From: a virus
Taxonomy: Duplodnaviria > Caudoviricetes
Length of the DNA stretch: 40,065 nucleotides
Virus record (IMG/VR): IMGVR_UViG_3300038336_000082
Coordinates: 1 to 40,065 of that record
Strand: one strand, 5' to 3'
The translations under genes and the position numbers were made by a program. Below the pieces are notes generated by a model. It saw nothing but the letters and a program-made list of their open reading frames with translations. It ran no database searches and had not been told where the DNA came from. Positions within the stretch are counted from its first letter, which is position 1; every line of letters starts with the position of its first letter. This document shows positions 9,604 through 18,820 of the stretch, one piece after another.

Positions 9604-9960
9604 TTATTTCCTGGTCTTGGCCGAAAACTCGATGGTGCGGACTGATTCCTTGTCGCCATCGTGTTTCAATGCGCCGATTTTCAGGACGTAAACACCGGCG
9701 TATTTGACGCGGGTGCCGTTCATGTAGTCAATGGTGATCGTCCCGCCTTTGACCTCAGTAAAATCGAATTCCGGCCCATCAAAGGGAACTACGTATTCCA
9801 CATTGACGCCGTGGCGTGGCTGTGCCGTAGTGTGGCCGGTGCCGTTCATCAGGTTGACGACCTTGTGAAGTTCGAATTCCTTCTCTTCCACCGATTTGAA
9901 ATCGGTAATGCTTTTGCCGTTTATCTCCAGCAGTACCTGACTTACAAATTCTTCTGACAT
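9604..9960 (-). CDS. Tail tube protein
   Basis: 118-aa beta-rich protein directly after the sheath. Confidence 0.8.
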   Translation of the reverse strand: MSEEFVSQVLLEINGKSITDFKSVEEKEFELHKVVNLMNGTGHTTAQPRHGVNVEYVVPFDGPEFDFTEVKGGTITIDYMNGTRVKYAGVYVLKIGALKHDGDKESVRTIEFSAKTRK

Positions 9961-9980
9961 ATTTATTTACCTCCATTCCT

Positions 9981-10005
9981 GGATTCCCGCCTGCGCGGGA
10001 ATGAC
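9981..10005. repeat. dRS3/RPE-like palindrome (ATTCCC-N8-GGGAAT)
   Basis: ggattcccgcctgcgcgggaatgac between sheath and tube genes. Confidence 0.9.
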
Positions 10006-10013
10006 ATTATTTT

Positions 10014-11438
10014 TTATAAAAGCAGATCTATCCGACCGGCGAAGACATGCAGGCCGTTGACCACGTCGCAGGGGATCTTCGCATCGAGCCGGTTGGCGTC
10101 TTGCAGATCTCGCTCGACGATAACGCCGTCCGCATTGGCTTCGACCTCTTCGACAATTTCCAAATCCTGCAATTGATACAACACGTCCATGATCTGATCG
10201 CGCACAGCCTCAGGCGTTTTACTCGATAATTTTTCGCGAGGGAATCGCAGCGCGATGCGGGTGCGGACAGCTTCTCTCACATAATCCAGGGTGCGGATGG
10301 TAGTGATATCCAGCAGCGAAATATCGTCAATACTGTTGGCGTCATGGACATAGGTACTGATCGCGCGAACAATCTGAACAATTTCGCCGGGGCCTACTTC
10401 CAGAGGCGTCGCTCCGTTAGCCAGGCAGGATTCCTGCTCTGTCCGGGACAGACGCGAGGCGATGGGCGGCGCGGCGATGCCGGTCAGGGCCAGTGTATTG
10501 AGCGGTCTGGCCGGATCTTCTTCAAAGGCGATGACTGCGGCCATTGCCGCCGCGATCTCATAGATCGGGCTTTTAGTGCCGCGTAAATACGCGCAGAGAA
10601 TACGTCCCGAATTGATCGTGGCGGTAAGCGTTGTTACTGTGCCCAGGGCGTCGTCATCGGCAATTACGCCGATTCCGGGACGCTGTTCCATCGGGCCGGA
10701 AACCAGATCCAAATGGGTTTTAAGCGCCGCATACGATGTCGCATCAATGAACGGCACGGCGATGATGTCGTATTGTTCACCGACTACTGCCGCCAATGCC
10801 GTTGCCAGCGTCGGGTCGACTGATCCGGCTGTGGTGGCGGTAAAGGTCGCCGTGACGCCGGTGGCCGTGACTGCTGCCTCAAAATCAATCTGGTTGGCCA
10901 CGGTGCCTTTGTTTTTGGCGGTGAAGGCCAAAGACCCGGTGGTATGCACAACGGTAAAGGGCAGGGCAGGATCATTGTCCAGGGCGGCTTTCAGCGCATC
11001 GCCGATGATTGTGGCCGTATCCGTCGAAGTGATGCCTACCTGATAGCGGACATTGCCGACCCACAGAGTTAATGTGCCGCTGCCGGTGGCCGGGCCGGTA
11101 ATTGCCAGCGTGTGGACGCGGGCGATAGGCGATGTGGCAAAATCGTCGAGAGCGCAAACGGTCAAATCCAGATACGGATTTGCTTTGATGGCCGCTCTGA
11201 CCATCAGGTGTGCGATGGAACCTTCGCCGAAATACGCAGCGGCTTCAGCGTCGGAGAATACCTTTGTGGCAATAAGCTGTGCCACGGTACCTGCCGCCAG
11301 CCGCTGGGCGATGATCAGCATTTTCTGTGCGTTGGCGGGCAGTGTCCTTACCGCCAGCTTGGTATTAAACTCCAAATACTTGCCCGGCTTGCGAATGCTG
11401 CTGGGAATTGAAGCAAATGTAATGTTTTCCGATCCCAT
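10014..11438 (-). CDS. Tail sheath protein (Mu gpL-like)
   Basis: IRKPGKYLEFN, DPARPLNTL, LDITTIRTLDYVR and VVNGLHVFA motifs. Confidence 0.95.
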   Translation of the reverse strand: MGSENITFASIPSSIRKPGKYLEFNTKLAVRTLPANAQKMLIIAQRLAAGTVAQLIATKVFSDAEAAAYFGEGSIAHLMVRAAIKANPYLDLTVCALDDFATSPIARVHTLAITGPATGSGTLTLWVGNVRYQVGITSTDTATIIGDALKAALDNDPALPFTVVHTTGSLAFTAKNKGTVANQIDFEAAVTATGVTATFTATTAGSVDPTLATALAAVVGEQYDIIAVPFIDATSYAALKTHLDLVSGPMEQRPGIGVIADDDALGTVTTLTATINSGRILCAYLRGTKSPIYEIAAAMAAVIAFEEDPARPLNTLALTGIAAPPIASRLSRTEQESCLANGATPLEVGPGEIVQIVRAISTYVHDANSIDDISLLDITTIRTLDYVREAVRTRIALRFPREKLSSKTPEAVRDQIMDVLYQLQDLEIVEEVEANADGVIVERDLQDANRLDAKIPCDVVNGLHVFAGRIDLLL

Positions 11439-11440
11439 GA

Positions 11441-11629
11441 TTATTCTTTACCTCCCTTTTCTTTTGCGGATTTCGCCGCAGTTATAGTGGCAACGACAAG
11501 CGATCCGTCACTGACCAGGCGCATATAATAAGCGCTGTCCGGCACAGTTTGGGTTGTTTGGTCGTCAATGTATTCTCGCGGTTTTCCTTCCTTAGGGCAT
11601 TTCGTGCCCGGCGCTGCTTGAACTCGCAT
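11441..11629 (-). CDS. Mu gp38 / DUF2635-like small tail protein
   Basis: VPDSAYYMRLVSDGSL motif immediately before the sheath. Confidence 0.85.
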   Translation of the reverse strand: MRVQAAPGTKCPKEGKPREYIDDQTTQTVPDSAYYMRLVSDGSLVVATITAAKSAKEKGGKE

Positions 11630-11645
11630 TGTGTATCCTCCTTTT

Positions 11646-11680
11646 TCACCCTCCCCTGGCCCCTCCCCTCAAGGGAGGGG
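11646..11680. repeat. CCCCTCAAGGG-type palindromic repeat
   Basis: tcaccctcccctggcccctcccctcaagggagggg; related copies at 26671 and 32433. Confidence 0.8.
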
Positions 11681-11697
11681 AAGAAAAGGAAGTGTTT

Positions 11698-12225
11698 CTA
11701 CGTTTGATCTAGTGTCACGACGTCCGACGCATCAGCGATGTTGTCGTCTGCCGGATCTTGCAAATAATAATTCAGGCCGATGGTCAGCAGATCCACAAGC
11801 TCTTCGTCGGAGGTCGGCGTGATGACGAAGCCAGTTTCAAATTCAATTTGAAAAACGATCTTGCCCGCTTTGGCTTCGGCCTCCTCGGTAATGTTATCCA
11901 GACGCTTGGGCACGAGCGCCTCTATTTTCAGGCCGAATTTATTTCCCGCCAAAAAAAGAAGTATCGCCAGCAATATCGGATAGACGCCTTTGCGCCGGTC
12001 GGCCTCGCTTTTAAGATTTTGGAAAGTCAAAATCACAAACACCTGCGTTTTACACTTGTATTGCGACATCGTGACGGAGACGAAAGTACCGCCGCCTGCA
12101 ATCACATTGATGATCGGCAGGTTAAGGTTAAGATTGCTGTGTGCCTTGTCTACAGAGACTTTCGTGACGCCGCTGAGTTTAGCGTTGAGCCGGGCGATAA
12201 TGCCGTCTTCGATTTCTGCAAACAT
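11698..12225 (-). CDS. Mu gp37-like tail terminator/neck protein
   Basis: EIED.II.RL N-terminus and R..G.Y..L motif; synteny. Confidence 0.8.
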   Translation of the reverse strand: MFAEIEDGIIARLNAKLSGVTKVSVDKAHSNLNLNLPIINVIAGGGTFVSVTMSQYKCKTQVFVILTFQNLKSEADRRKGVYPILLAILLFLAGNKFGLKIEALVPKRLDNITEEAEAKAGKIVFQIEFETGFVITPTSDEELVDLLTIGLNYYLQDPADDNIADASDVVTLDQT

Positions 12226-12227
12226 TG

Positions 12228-12653
12228 TTAAAACCCTTTCATACTGTCGCGAGTAAAAATGCGATCACTTACTGATTTATTGCTTTCTGCCCCTTCCGAC
12301 GTTGACGCAGCCGGAGGCGGATCAACGCCCAGGGACAGAAGCCCCTTGGCTATGTCCTTGAGCCGGGCGATCGCATTATCATAAGATTTTTGTACGTCCT
12401 CGGACACGGTGCGCCGTTTGTAGAGATAATAAATCGACATATCAAGCGAAAGCCCGGCGACGACCGGTGGCACCGTTGTGAAGGGCACCGCGTACTTCAC
12501 GGCACAATAGCCGTCTATCTCAGCATCCGCCCGCGCTATAGCCTTCGTGACGTTAGCCGATATAATCTCGCCGATATTGTCGTCATCGGTTAATTGTTTG
12601 ATGATCTCTTCAGACAGCGCCTTTTTAATATCTGCTAATATGCAGTATGCCAT
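12228..12653 (-). CDS. Mu gp36 / DUF1320 head-tail adaptor
   Basis: MAYC...D, AI..A.AEIDGY...Y.VP and Y..AI..LKDIA.G motifs. Confidence 0.92.
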   Translation of the reverse strand: MAYCILADIKKALSEEIIKQLTDDDNIGEIISANVTKAIARADAEIDGYCAVKYAVPFTTVPPVVAGLSLDMSIYYLYKRRTVSEDVQKSYDNAIARLKDIAKGLLSLGVDPPPAASTSEGAESNKSVSDRIFTRDSMKGF

Positions 12654-12666
12654 TGTCGCTTAGCTC

Positions 12667-12987
12667 CTATGGTATCTTGTTTAAATTTTTCACGGTATAG
12701 ATATAGGCCCCCGTGGCTTTTTTACTTTGCGGCCCATAAGTAATTTTTACGGTTACCCGTTTATTTTCTTTTTCCAGATCGCTGTTGATGATGGCATTTT
12801 GCGCATCCGTTATTGACAAGTCGTGCGTCGCTGCCGCTGGTGTAAACGACGTCCAGTCCAGGATCTGCGCGCCCGTTTCGACATCGTCAATCCGGTACTG
12901 TGCCGCAGTCGGGACAACGCCGACGCTGCTTTCATCAGCAAACGACAGCCGCAAATCTAAAGTCGAATTTTCGTTGATAATTTCCAT
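12667..12987 (-). CDS. Small beta-sandwich structural protein (possible fibre adaptor)
   Basis: 106 aa, beta-rich, last gene of the inserted cassette; function inferred. Confidence 0.55.
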   Translation of the reverse strand: MEIINENSTLDLRLSFADESSVGVVPTAAQYRIDDVETGAQILDWTSFTPAAATHDLSITDAQNAIINSDLEKENKRVTVKITYGPQSKKATGAYIYTVKNLNKIP

Positions 12988-13003
12988 TTTGTTTTCCTTC
13001 CCT

Positions 13004-13028
13004 GGATTCCCGCCTCCGCGGGAATGAC
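13004..13028. repeat. dRS3/RPE-like palindrome
   Basis: ggattcccgcctccgcgggaatgac, followed by cggaggcggga, which is complementary to its left part. Confidence 0.9.
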
Positions 13029-13052
13029 AACGGAGGCGGGAGCAAGGATTAA

Positions 13053-13595
13053 TTAGCTAAGCGTAATTGCCAAATCGACCGTCCACGTCTGGCCGCTAAT
13101 TTTTGTACCCTGATCGGAAACTTTACGATTCATGTTTTTTGCAGAATCGCTGTTGCCGTTAGCGACAGTGAATTCCTTCCACGCATGGTTGCCATAAGAT
13201 CCACCGACTACTCCACGCCACGTTACAGTCTGGCCAGACCGGGAAGGATAGGTCGATGCCATTGCCGCATAATATTTATTCGTTACGGCCTGCAAACCCG
13301 TCTGCGAGGCTGCTGCTGCTGTATCGCTGTCGCCGATGCCGATGTAAGAGTTGGCTTCGGAAAACGCTGTCCCGCCTGCACCGATAATTAAATCCCACAT
13401 CTCGGCAATGCCCTCATTCAGAAGAACATTTTGCTTAAAGGTGCTTACTGCGAATGGCGTACCTGCCATAAACGCCGCGTCATCTGCATATTTGCGGATT
13501 GTCCATACTTTGGTAAGGACACCTCTGTCACTGACGAGACGAATCTTTCTGAATAACCGTAAAAGTGCTTCCGTAATCGCTGTTAATTTTTTCAT
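13053..13595 (-). CDS. Putative virion structural protein (180 aa)
   Basis: Strong SD AAGGAGGA; N.LLNEG...YIGIGD..TAAA.SQT.L pattern typical of small phage fibre/minor structural proteins. Confidence 0.6.
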   Translation of the reverse strand: MKKLTAITEALLRLFRKIRLVSDRGVLTKVWTIRKYADDAAFMAGTPFAVSTFKQNVLLNEGIAEMWDLIIGAGGTAFSEANSYIGIGDSDTAAAASQTGLQAVTNKYYAAMASTYPSRSGQTVTWRGVVGGSYGNHAWKEFTVANGNSDSAKNMNRKVSDQGTKISGQTWTVDLAITLS

Positions 13596-13605
13596 AAAAT
13601 CCTCC

Positions 13606-16600
13606 TTAAATTTTTGTAAAAGTAATATTCCCTTTTTTAGGTGTCATAGTTATGCTTCCCTTCCGGGGAGACATGCTCATTGCGCCATGCCTCGGCACAA
13701 ATGTAATGTCTACACGCTTCGCGTCCTGCCTGTAATTGATGACTACATCCACGCCAATGCCGCTGTCGGCCAGTGAAACCAGTGTTCCGATAAAGCTAAT
13801 GGTATCCATGCCAATGCCGGAGTCAGGTATGGCCAGAGACACGTTGATCGATGGAGCGCTGTCATCGCCGGTGCCGGTGTCGATGATGGAAATTAACGCG
13901 GAGACAAGGCTGATGATGTCCGTGCCGGAGCCGCTGTCGGCCAGCGATAGCGACACATTGATTGCCGGTGATATATCCGTCCCCGCACCAGTCTCAACAA
14001 TCTGAATAAGCGCATTGAGTTGGGCAATGATGTCCGTACCTTCTCCTGTATCTGAAATATTCAAGGATGCTAAAAGCCGCGCTATCGCGTCACTGCCCGC
14101 GCCGGATTCAACGACGGGAATTAGTGCGCTGAGTTTTTCGATGACATCAGTGCCGGTACAGCTTTCCGCTAATGTTATCAGCGCAGATAATTGCGCTACG
14201 GCATCGCTGCCGGAGCCGGTATCTGAAATATTCAAGGAGGCTAAAAGCCGCGCTATCGCGTCGCTGCCGGAGCCGGATTCAATGATAGAAATAAGCGCGT
14301 TGATATTTGCCACAACATCAGCACCCGCGCCGGTATCTGAAATATTCAAGGAGGCTAAAAGCCGCGCTATCGCGTCGCTGCCGGTGCATGATTCAATGAT
14401 GGAAATAAGCGCGTTAATATTTGCTACAACATCAGCACCCGCGCCGGTATCTGTAATTGAAAGCAGCGCGGCAATCAAACTAATAACATCAGCACCCGCG
14501 CCGGTATCGCTAACGGAAAGCGACACGTTGATATTTACTGCATCTGTGCCCGTGCCGGTATCTGTAAGCGAAAGCAGCGCGGCAATCATATTAATAATAT
14601 CACTGCCTGCGCCGGTATCCGTCAATGCCAGGGAAACATTAACCGCAACGGTGTCGGTACCCGCGCCGGTGTCTGTGAGCGCCAGCAGTTTGGTAATTAA
14701 ATTTACGGCATCAGAGCCGAGTCCGGAATCGGGCACGTTAAGCAATACATTAACAGCGGGTACGTCGTTGCCGGTGCCACTGTCAGCCAGCGACAGATTG
14801 ACTTTTATTTGTGATACGGAATCGGTGCCTTCAGCCGAGTCAGGAAGCGTAAGCGACACATTGATGCCTGGCAGATCAGCGCCAATGCCACTGTCGGATA
14901 TGGTAAGCAACGCGGAAATAAGCGCAACAACGTCATTGCCTGCGCCGGTATCTGTCAATGCCAGGGAAACATTAACCGCAACGGCGTCAGATCCCGCGCC
15001 GGTGTCTGTGAGCGCCAGCAACGCGGCAATCAGGTTGACCGCATCAGCGCCGAGACCGGAATCGGGCACGTTTAGTAATACATTAACAGCCGGTGAGTCG
15101 TTGCCGGTGCCGCTGTCGGCAAGCGAGAGTGACACATTGATTGCTGTAGCGTCCGTCCCTGTGCCTGCATCCGGAAGCGTCAGCGACACATTGATGCCCG
15201 GAACATTATCTAATCCGTAACCGGTATCCAAGACACTAACAAGCCATTGCGCAAGGTTAACAACATCGCTGCCGGAGCCGGTATCCGTCAATGCCAGGGA
15301 AACATTAACCGCAACGGCGTCAGATCCCGCACCGGTATCCGTGAGCGCCAGCAGTTTGGCTATCAAATTGACGGCATCCGCACCGAGGCCGGAATCGGGC
15401 ACATTTAGTAATACATTAACAGCCGGTGAGTCGTTGCCGGTGCCGCTGTCAGCAAGAGACAAATTTACTTTTATTTGTGATACGGAATCGGTGCCTCCAG
15501 CCGCGTCCGGAAGCGTAAGTGCTACATTAAGCCCCTGCAGATTATCTGTGCCTGCGCCGGTATCCGGTATGCTAATGAGTCGTTGAATGAGATTAACAAC
15601 ATCACTGCCTGCGCCGGTATCTGTCAATGCCAGGGAAACATTAACCGCAACGGTGTCGGAACCAGCGCCGGTATCCGTAAGCGCTAGCAGTTTGGCAATT
15701 AAATTGACGGCGTCAGAGCCGAGTCCAGAATCGGGCACGTTTAGTAATACATTAACAGCCGGTGAGTCGTTGCCGGAGCCGCTGTCGGCAAGTGAAAGTG
15801 ACACATTAATTGCCGCAGCGTCCGTACCTGTGCCGGTATCCGGAAGCGTAAGCGATACATTGATGCCCGGCAAATCAGCGCCAAGGCCACTGTCGGTTAT
15901 GGTAAGCAACGCGGAAACAAGCGCAACAACGTCATTGCCTGCGCCGGTGTCTGTCAATGCCAGGGAAACATTAACCGCAACGGTGTCGGCTCCTGCGCCG
16001 GTATCTGAAAGCGCCAGTAACGCGGCAATCAGGTTAACCGCATCCGAACCGAGACCGGAATCGGGCACGTTTAGTAATACATTAACCGCCGGTGAGTCGT
16101 TGCCTGTGCCGCTGTCGGCCAGGGCAAGAGATACATTGATTGCTGTGGCATCACTGCCAGCGCCCGCATCCGGCAGTGTAATCGCTACGTTGATACTGGA
16201 AATTATATCCGCGCCCGCACCGCTTTCCGCGACGGTTATTAATCTTGATACGACATCGATAATATCATTGCCGGAGCCGGAATCTGAAATATTGATCGAA
16301 ACATTGAGGCCGGAAATGATATCCGCGCCCGCACCGCTTTCTGCCAGGGCCAGTAATACCGATAAAAGGTTTACTACATCCGTTCCTGTGCCGGTATCAC
16401 TAAGAGGCAATCGTGCAGATATACCGCTGCCGAGATTATCCGCGCCCGCGCCGGTGTCAGAAAGAGCTAAGCCAACAGCAATTTGCGTCACGGCATCACT
16501 GCCTGCGCCGGTATCAGTCAAATCAACATTAGGTGCGCCGCCCTCCTGCAAAAGAGAGGTCATATCTTCAGCACATATAATGTCTGATTGATTTTCGATT

Positions 16601-16617
16601 GATATGTAATCTGTCAT
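13606..16617 (-). CDS. 1003-aa DxGxGxD repeat protein (putative virion fibre/ruler)
   Basis: Roughly 50 units of about 18-19 aa, L.[LI].D[TS]G.G.D, across nearly the whole ORF; co-oriented and tightly spaced in the late operon. Confidence 0.8.
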   Translation of the reverse strand: MTDYISIENQSDIICAEDMTSLLQEGGAPNVDLTDTGAGSDAVTQIAVGLALSDTGAGADNLGSGISARLPLSDTGTGTDVVNLLSVLLALAESGAGADIISGLNVSINISDSGSGNDIIDVVSRLITVAESGAGADIISSINVAITLPDAGAGSDATAINVSLALADSGTGNDSPAVNVLLNVPDSGLGSDAVNLIAALLALSDTGAGADTVAVNVSLALTDTGAGNDVVALVSALLTITDSGLGADLPGINVSLTLPDTGTGTDAAAINVSLSLADSGSGNDSPAVNVLLNVPDSGLGSDAVNLIAKLLALTDTGAGSDTVAVNVSLALTDTGAGSDVVNLIQRLISIPDTGAGTDNLQGLNVALTLPDAAGGTDSVSQIKVNLSLADSGTGNDSPAVNVLLNVPDSGLGADAVNLIAKLLALTDTGAGSDAVAVNVSLALTDTGSGSDVVNLAQWLVSVLDTGYGLDNVPGINVSLTLPDAGTGTDATAINVSLSLADSGTGNDSPAVNVLLNVPDSGLGADAVNLIAALLALTDTGAGSDAVAVNVSLALTDTGAGNDVVALISALLTISDSGIGADLPGINVSLTLPDSAEGTDSVSQIKVNLSLADSGTGNDVPAVNVLLNVPDSGLGSDAVNLITKLLALTDTGAGTDTVAVNVSLALTDTGAGSDIINMIAALLSLTDTGTGTDAVNINVSLSVSDTGAGADVISLIAALLSITDTGAGADVVANINALISIIESCTGSDAIARLLASLNISDTGAGADVVANINALISIIESGSGSDAIARLLASLNISDTGSGSDAVAQLSALITLAESCTGTDVIEKLSALIPVVESGAGSDAIARLLASLNISDTGEGTDIIAQLNALIQIVETGAGTDISPAINVSLSLADSGSGTDIISLVSALISIIDTGTGDDSAPSINVSLAIPDSGIGMDTISFIGTLVSLADSGIGVDVVINYRQDAKRVDITFVPRHGAMSMSPRKGSITMTPKKGNITFTKI

Positions 16618-16631
16618 AAAAACCTTTGCTC

Positions 16632-17501
16632 TTACAAATTATCTTCCCAACCCATGCATCTCAAGCTGCACGAAGCATCAGAACTTGCCCAATATATATT
16701 TGTTGATTCTAAAACCATTTCAAACGAATGACTTAATTGCAAAGAACCTGACACGACGCGCGTCCCAAAGGCAGGAGGATTTGATGTAGAACTAATCGCA
16801 CCATACGAATTGTTCGGCGCAACCATCGCACCTCCTGAGGTTTGCGCGTATGACCCAAATATAGCAGCAGCTGTAGTGGGTACATAATTGCTGACAGATA
16901 CAGATACCCATGTCGGAGTAGTTAAGCTGCCAGCCGATCCTGAAGCCATTGATGGCAACGCTGTCACATTTGACCCGGATGCGACCTTGTATTGCACCCG
17001 GCGTCCATATTGGATAAACGATAGCGGATAATAATTCGTTGCGCTCTGTGTTCTAATCCAGCCGACACGCGCTTTATAAGTGTAGCCGGTAGGCAAAGTA
17101 GGAGATGTGGCAGACGTTGATAGCAACCCTGCGACAGTCGACCCATTATAAATAACCCATACCGAGTACCATGTTGAATATGCTGCCGAGCCAGTGTCGA
17201 GGCCGTTCGCACCGCTGGTAGTAGTCGCGATGGTCAGTGATACCGCAGATAACAACGCACCCAAATCCGATGCATCGGTAACCATAATTTTATCCGCTGT
17301 CACAGATACATTAACGCTTGTGCCAGTCGCCGATAATTTTAAGTTCTCAAATCCTTTTGTCGCTTTTGACGATAGCATTGCCTTGAAATTGGCAAAGGTT
17401 ATATATTTGCTGATATAGCCGGAACTGTAAATACTCAGAAGAAGGAGGTCTGCGTCCGCGACTGAGGTCACTGCGTCTAATTGTGATACAGATTTATTCA
17501 T
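16632..17501 (-). CDS. Fibre/adhesin-like structural protein (289 aa)
   Basis: K.VSQL.......D.L fibre-type N-terminus; GLDTG.....WY.V..I and PTLPTGYTYK.RVG motifs; Ser/Thr-rich. Confidence 0.6.
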   Translation of the reverse strand: MNKSVSQLDAVTSVADADLLLLSIYSSGYISKYITFANFKAMLSSKATKGFENLKLSATGTSVNVSVTADKIMVTDASDLGALLSAVSLTIATTTSGANGLDTGSAAYSTWYSVWVIYNGSTVAGLLSTSATSPTLPTGYTYKARVGWIRTQSATNYYPLSFIQYGRRVQYKVASGSNVTALPSMASGSAGSLTTPTWVSVSVSNYVPTTAAAIFGSYAQTSGGAMVAPNNSYGAISSTSNPPAFGTRVVSGSLQLSHSFEMVLESTNIYWASSDASCSLRCMGWEDNL

Positions 17502-17555
17502 TGCTTTTTCCCCTTATTAATTTATCCCCATCCGTAGGCTCATTAACCTCACCAT

Positions 17556-17590
17556 AAAAGCCCCCTCCCTACCCCTAAGGAGGGAGCTTC
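17556..17590 (-). terminator. Intrinsic terminator after capsid/gp35 genes
   Basis: Minus strand aagctccctcc-loop-ggagggggc followed by tttt. Confidence 0.65.
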
Positions 17591-17605
17591 TAGCTGGGGT
17601 TAAAA

Positions 17606-17773
17606 CTATTTATCTTTTTTCTTTTCTTCTTTGACTTCCTCGACAACAAGCATCGGCTCTGCCTTAAGAATGTCGTATGTTTTTTTGTCCACTTCGATTT
17701 CCTGGGGCGTTTCTGTAAATTTTTTCCCGGCCCGGTGGAAGGTTTTTGAAATTGATCTCACTGATATAACCAC
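17606..17773 (-). CDS. Mu gp35 / HI1506-like protein (55 aa, not in ORF track)
   Basis: GTG start with AGGAG SD; MVISVRSISKTFHRAGKKF...LKAEPMLVVEE; follows the major capsid gene. Confidence 0.82.
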   Translation of the reverse strand: MVISVRSISKTFHRAGKKFTETPQEIEVDKKTYDILKAEPMLVVEEVKEEKKKDK

Positions 17774-17796
17774 GGTAATTCTCCTTTCTTGTTTTT

Positions 17797-17833
17797 AGAT
17801 TGCCACGCCGCCGAAGCGGCGTCTCGCAATGAC
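17797..17833. repeat. GTCATTGCGAG-type palindromic repeat
   Basis: agattgccacgccgccgaagcggcgtctcgcaatgac just downstream of the capsid stop. Confidence 0.75.
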
Positions 17834-17843
17834 AATTTATTTT

Positions 17844-18731
17844 CTATGCCAGCCAGGGCACGTTAACGGTCTTGACCGTGTTGTACCAGATGTTGCTGGC
17901 TCCGCCTGCCTGATTGGCCGCATCAATGGCCGTCTTGGCTGCTGATTCCAGCGTCGGGCCGTGGACAAGATGCGTCGGGATAACACCAAGCGGTGTTACG
18001 CCATCTTCACGAGTAAACGACATCATGGCCGCGCGCGCTGCCGCGTAACTGGTGGCATCAAGAGTTTGCTTGCTGCCGTAGCATAGTTGCCACAGGCCGA
18101 ACCCGACGTTTTTGCGGTCGTCAACGCCGTACATATATTTCTTTCGCATGAAGACCTGCTCATTATCGGGTTTGTCCATCGCAACAAATTCCGGTGTTTT
18201 TCTGACCTGTAGAATTATGGGTTTGATTGCCCTGCGCAGATCCATGAGGAACCACGGCGCGCCGGAACCTCCGCCGCTATTACTGACTACAGCACCGTCC
18301 GGCCCCCAGGGATGGTCGGTATCGCAATAATACTGGTTGTCATAGCACTTGCTGGTAAAAGCCAGTTTCAGCAGGGCGAACACGAGAATGTCGGGATGTT
18401 CTTTGGCTGCCTGAGCAAGACCCTGAATCATCGGCGTGTACAAACCGATATTGTCGTCATCAATGTCGTCTCTATCAACGCCGATGGTGGCTTCATACGA
18501 TTTGTTTTTGATGGTGAAATCAAATGCCGATAAGTCTTTGATGACTCTGTCGCCGATCCACTCTTTCATCATGGGGAAATCGGCCAGCCAAGGATATCCC
18601 TGCTCTTTAGATGTAGAGGGACAGCGCATGGCCACGAGGTCGCACATGCTGGGCGCACCCTCAAATGCCTGGTTGAAAATCACTTTAAACGATTTATACA
18701 TCGCTTGCAAATTTGCCTGATTGACTATCAT
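17844..18731 (-). CDS. Major capsid protein (Mu gpT)
   Basis: Y.WL..FP.M.EWIGDR, CYD.QY..DTDHP, PWFL.D....KPII.Q.R and GFGLWQL motifs. Start refined to ATG 18731 (AGGAGGA SD). Confidence 0.95.
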   Translation of the reverse strand: MIVNQANLQAMYKSFKVIFNQAFEGAPSMCDLVAMRCPSTSKEQGYPWLADFPMMKEWIGDRVIKDLSAFDFTIKNKSYEATIGVDRDDIDDDNIGLYTPMIQGLAQAAKEHPDILVFALLKLAFTSKCYDNQYYCDTDHPWGPDGAVVSNSGGGSGAPWFLMDLRRAIKPIILQVRKTPEFVAMDKPDNEQVFMRKKYMYGVDDRKNVGFGLWQLCYGSKQTLDATSYAAARAAMMSFTREDGVTPLGVIPTHLVHGPTLESAAKTAIDAANQAGGASNIWYNTVKTVNVPWLA

Positions 18732-18759
18732 TTGGAAAAATCCTCCTTTTAAAAAAATT

Positions 18760-18816
18760 GTGAAAGGTGAATGGTGAAGAGTGAATTGTTTTTTATTCAC
18801 CCTTCACGCTTCACGT
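18760..18816. repeat. Inverted pair of GTGAANN heptamer tracts (hairpin)
   Basis: gtgaaag gtgaatg gtgaaga gtgaatt ... ttcaccc ttcacgc ttcacgt; one of 10 such tracts. Confidence 0.85.
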
Positions 18817-18820
18817 GTTT

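Noticed and set aside
13736-16591. Long plus-strand ORFs (401, 334, 89 and 81 aa) opposite the repeat protein
   Set aside because: Antisense shadows of a low-complexity repetitive gene; no RBS and no independent motifs.
18732-18800. N-terminal extension MNKKQFTLHHSPFTI on the major capsid protein
   Set aside because: Translation of a heptamer tract; the strong SD points to ATG 18731.
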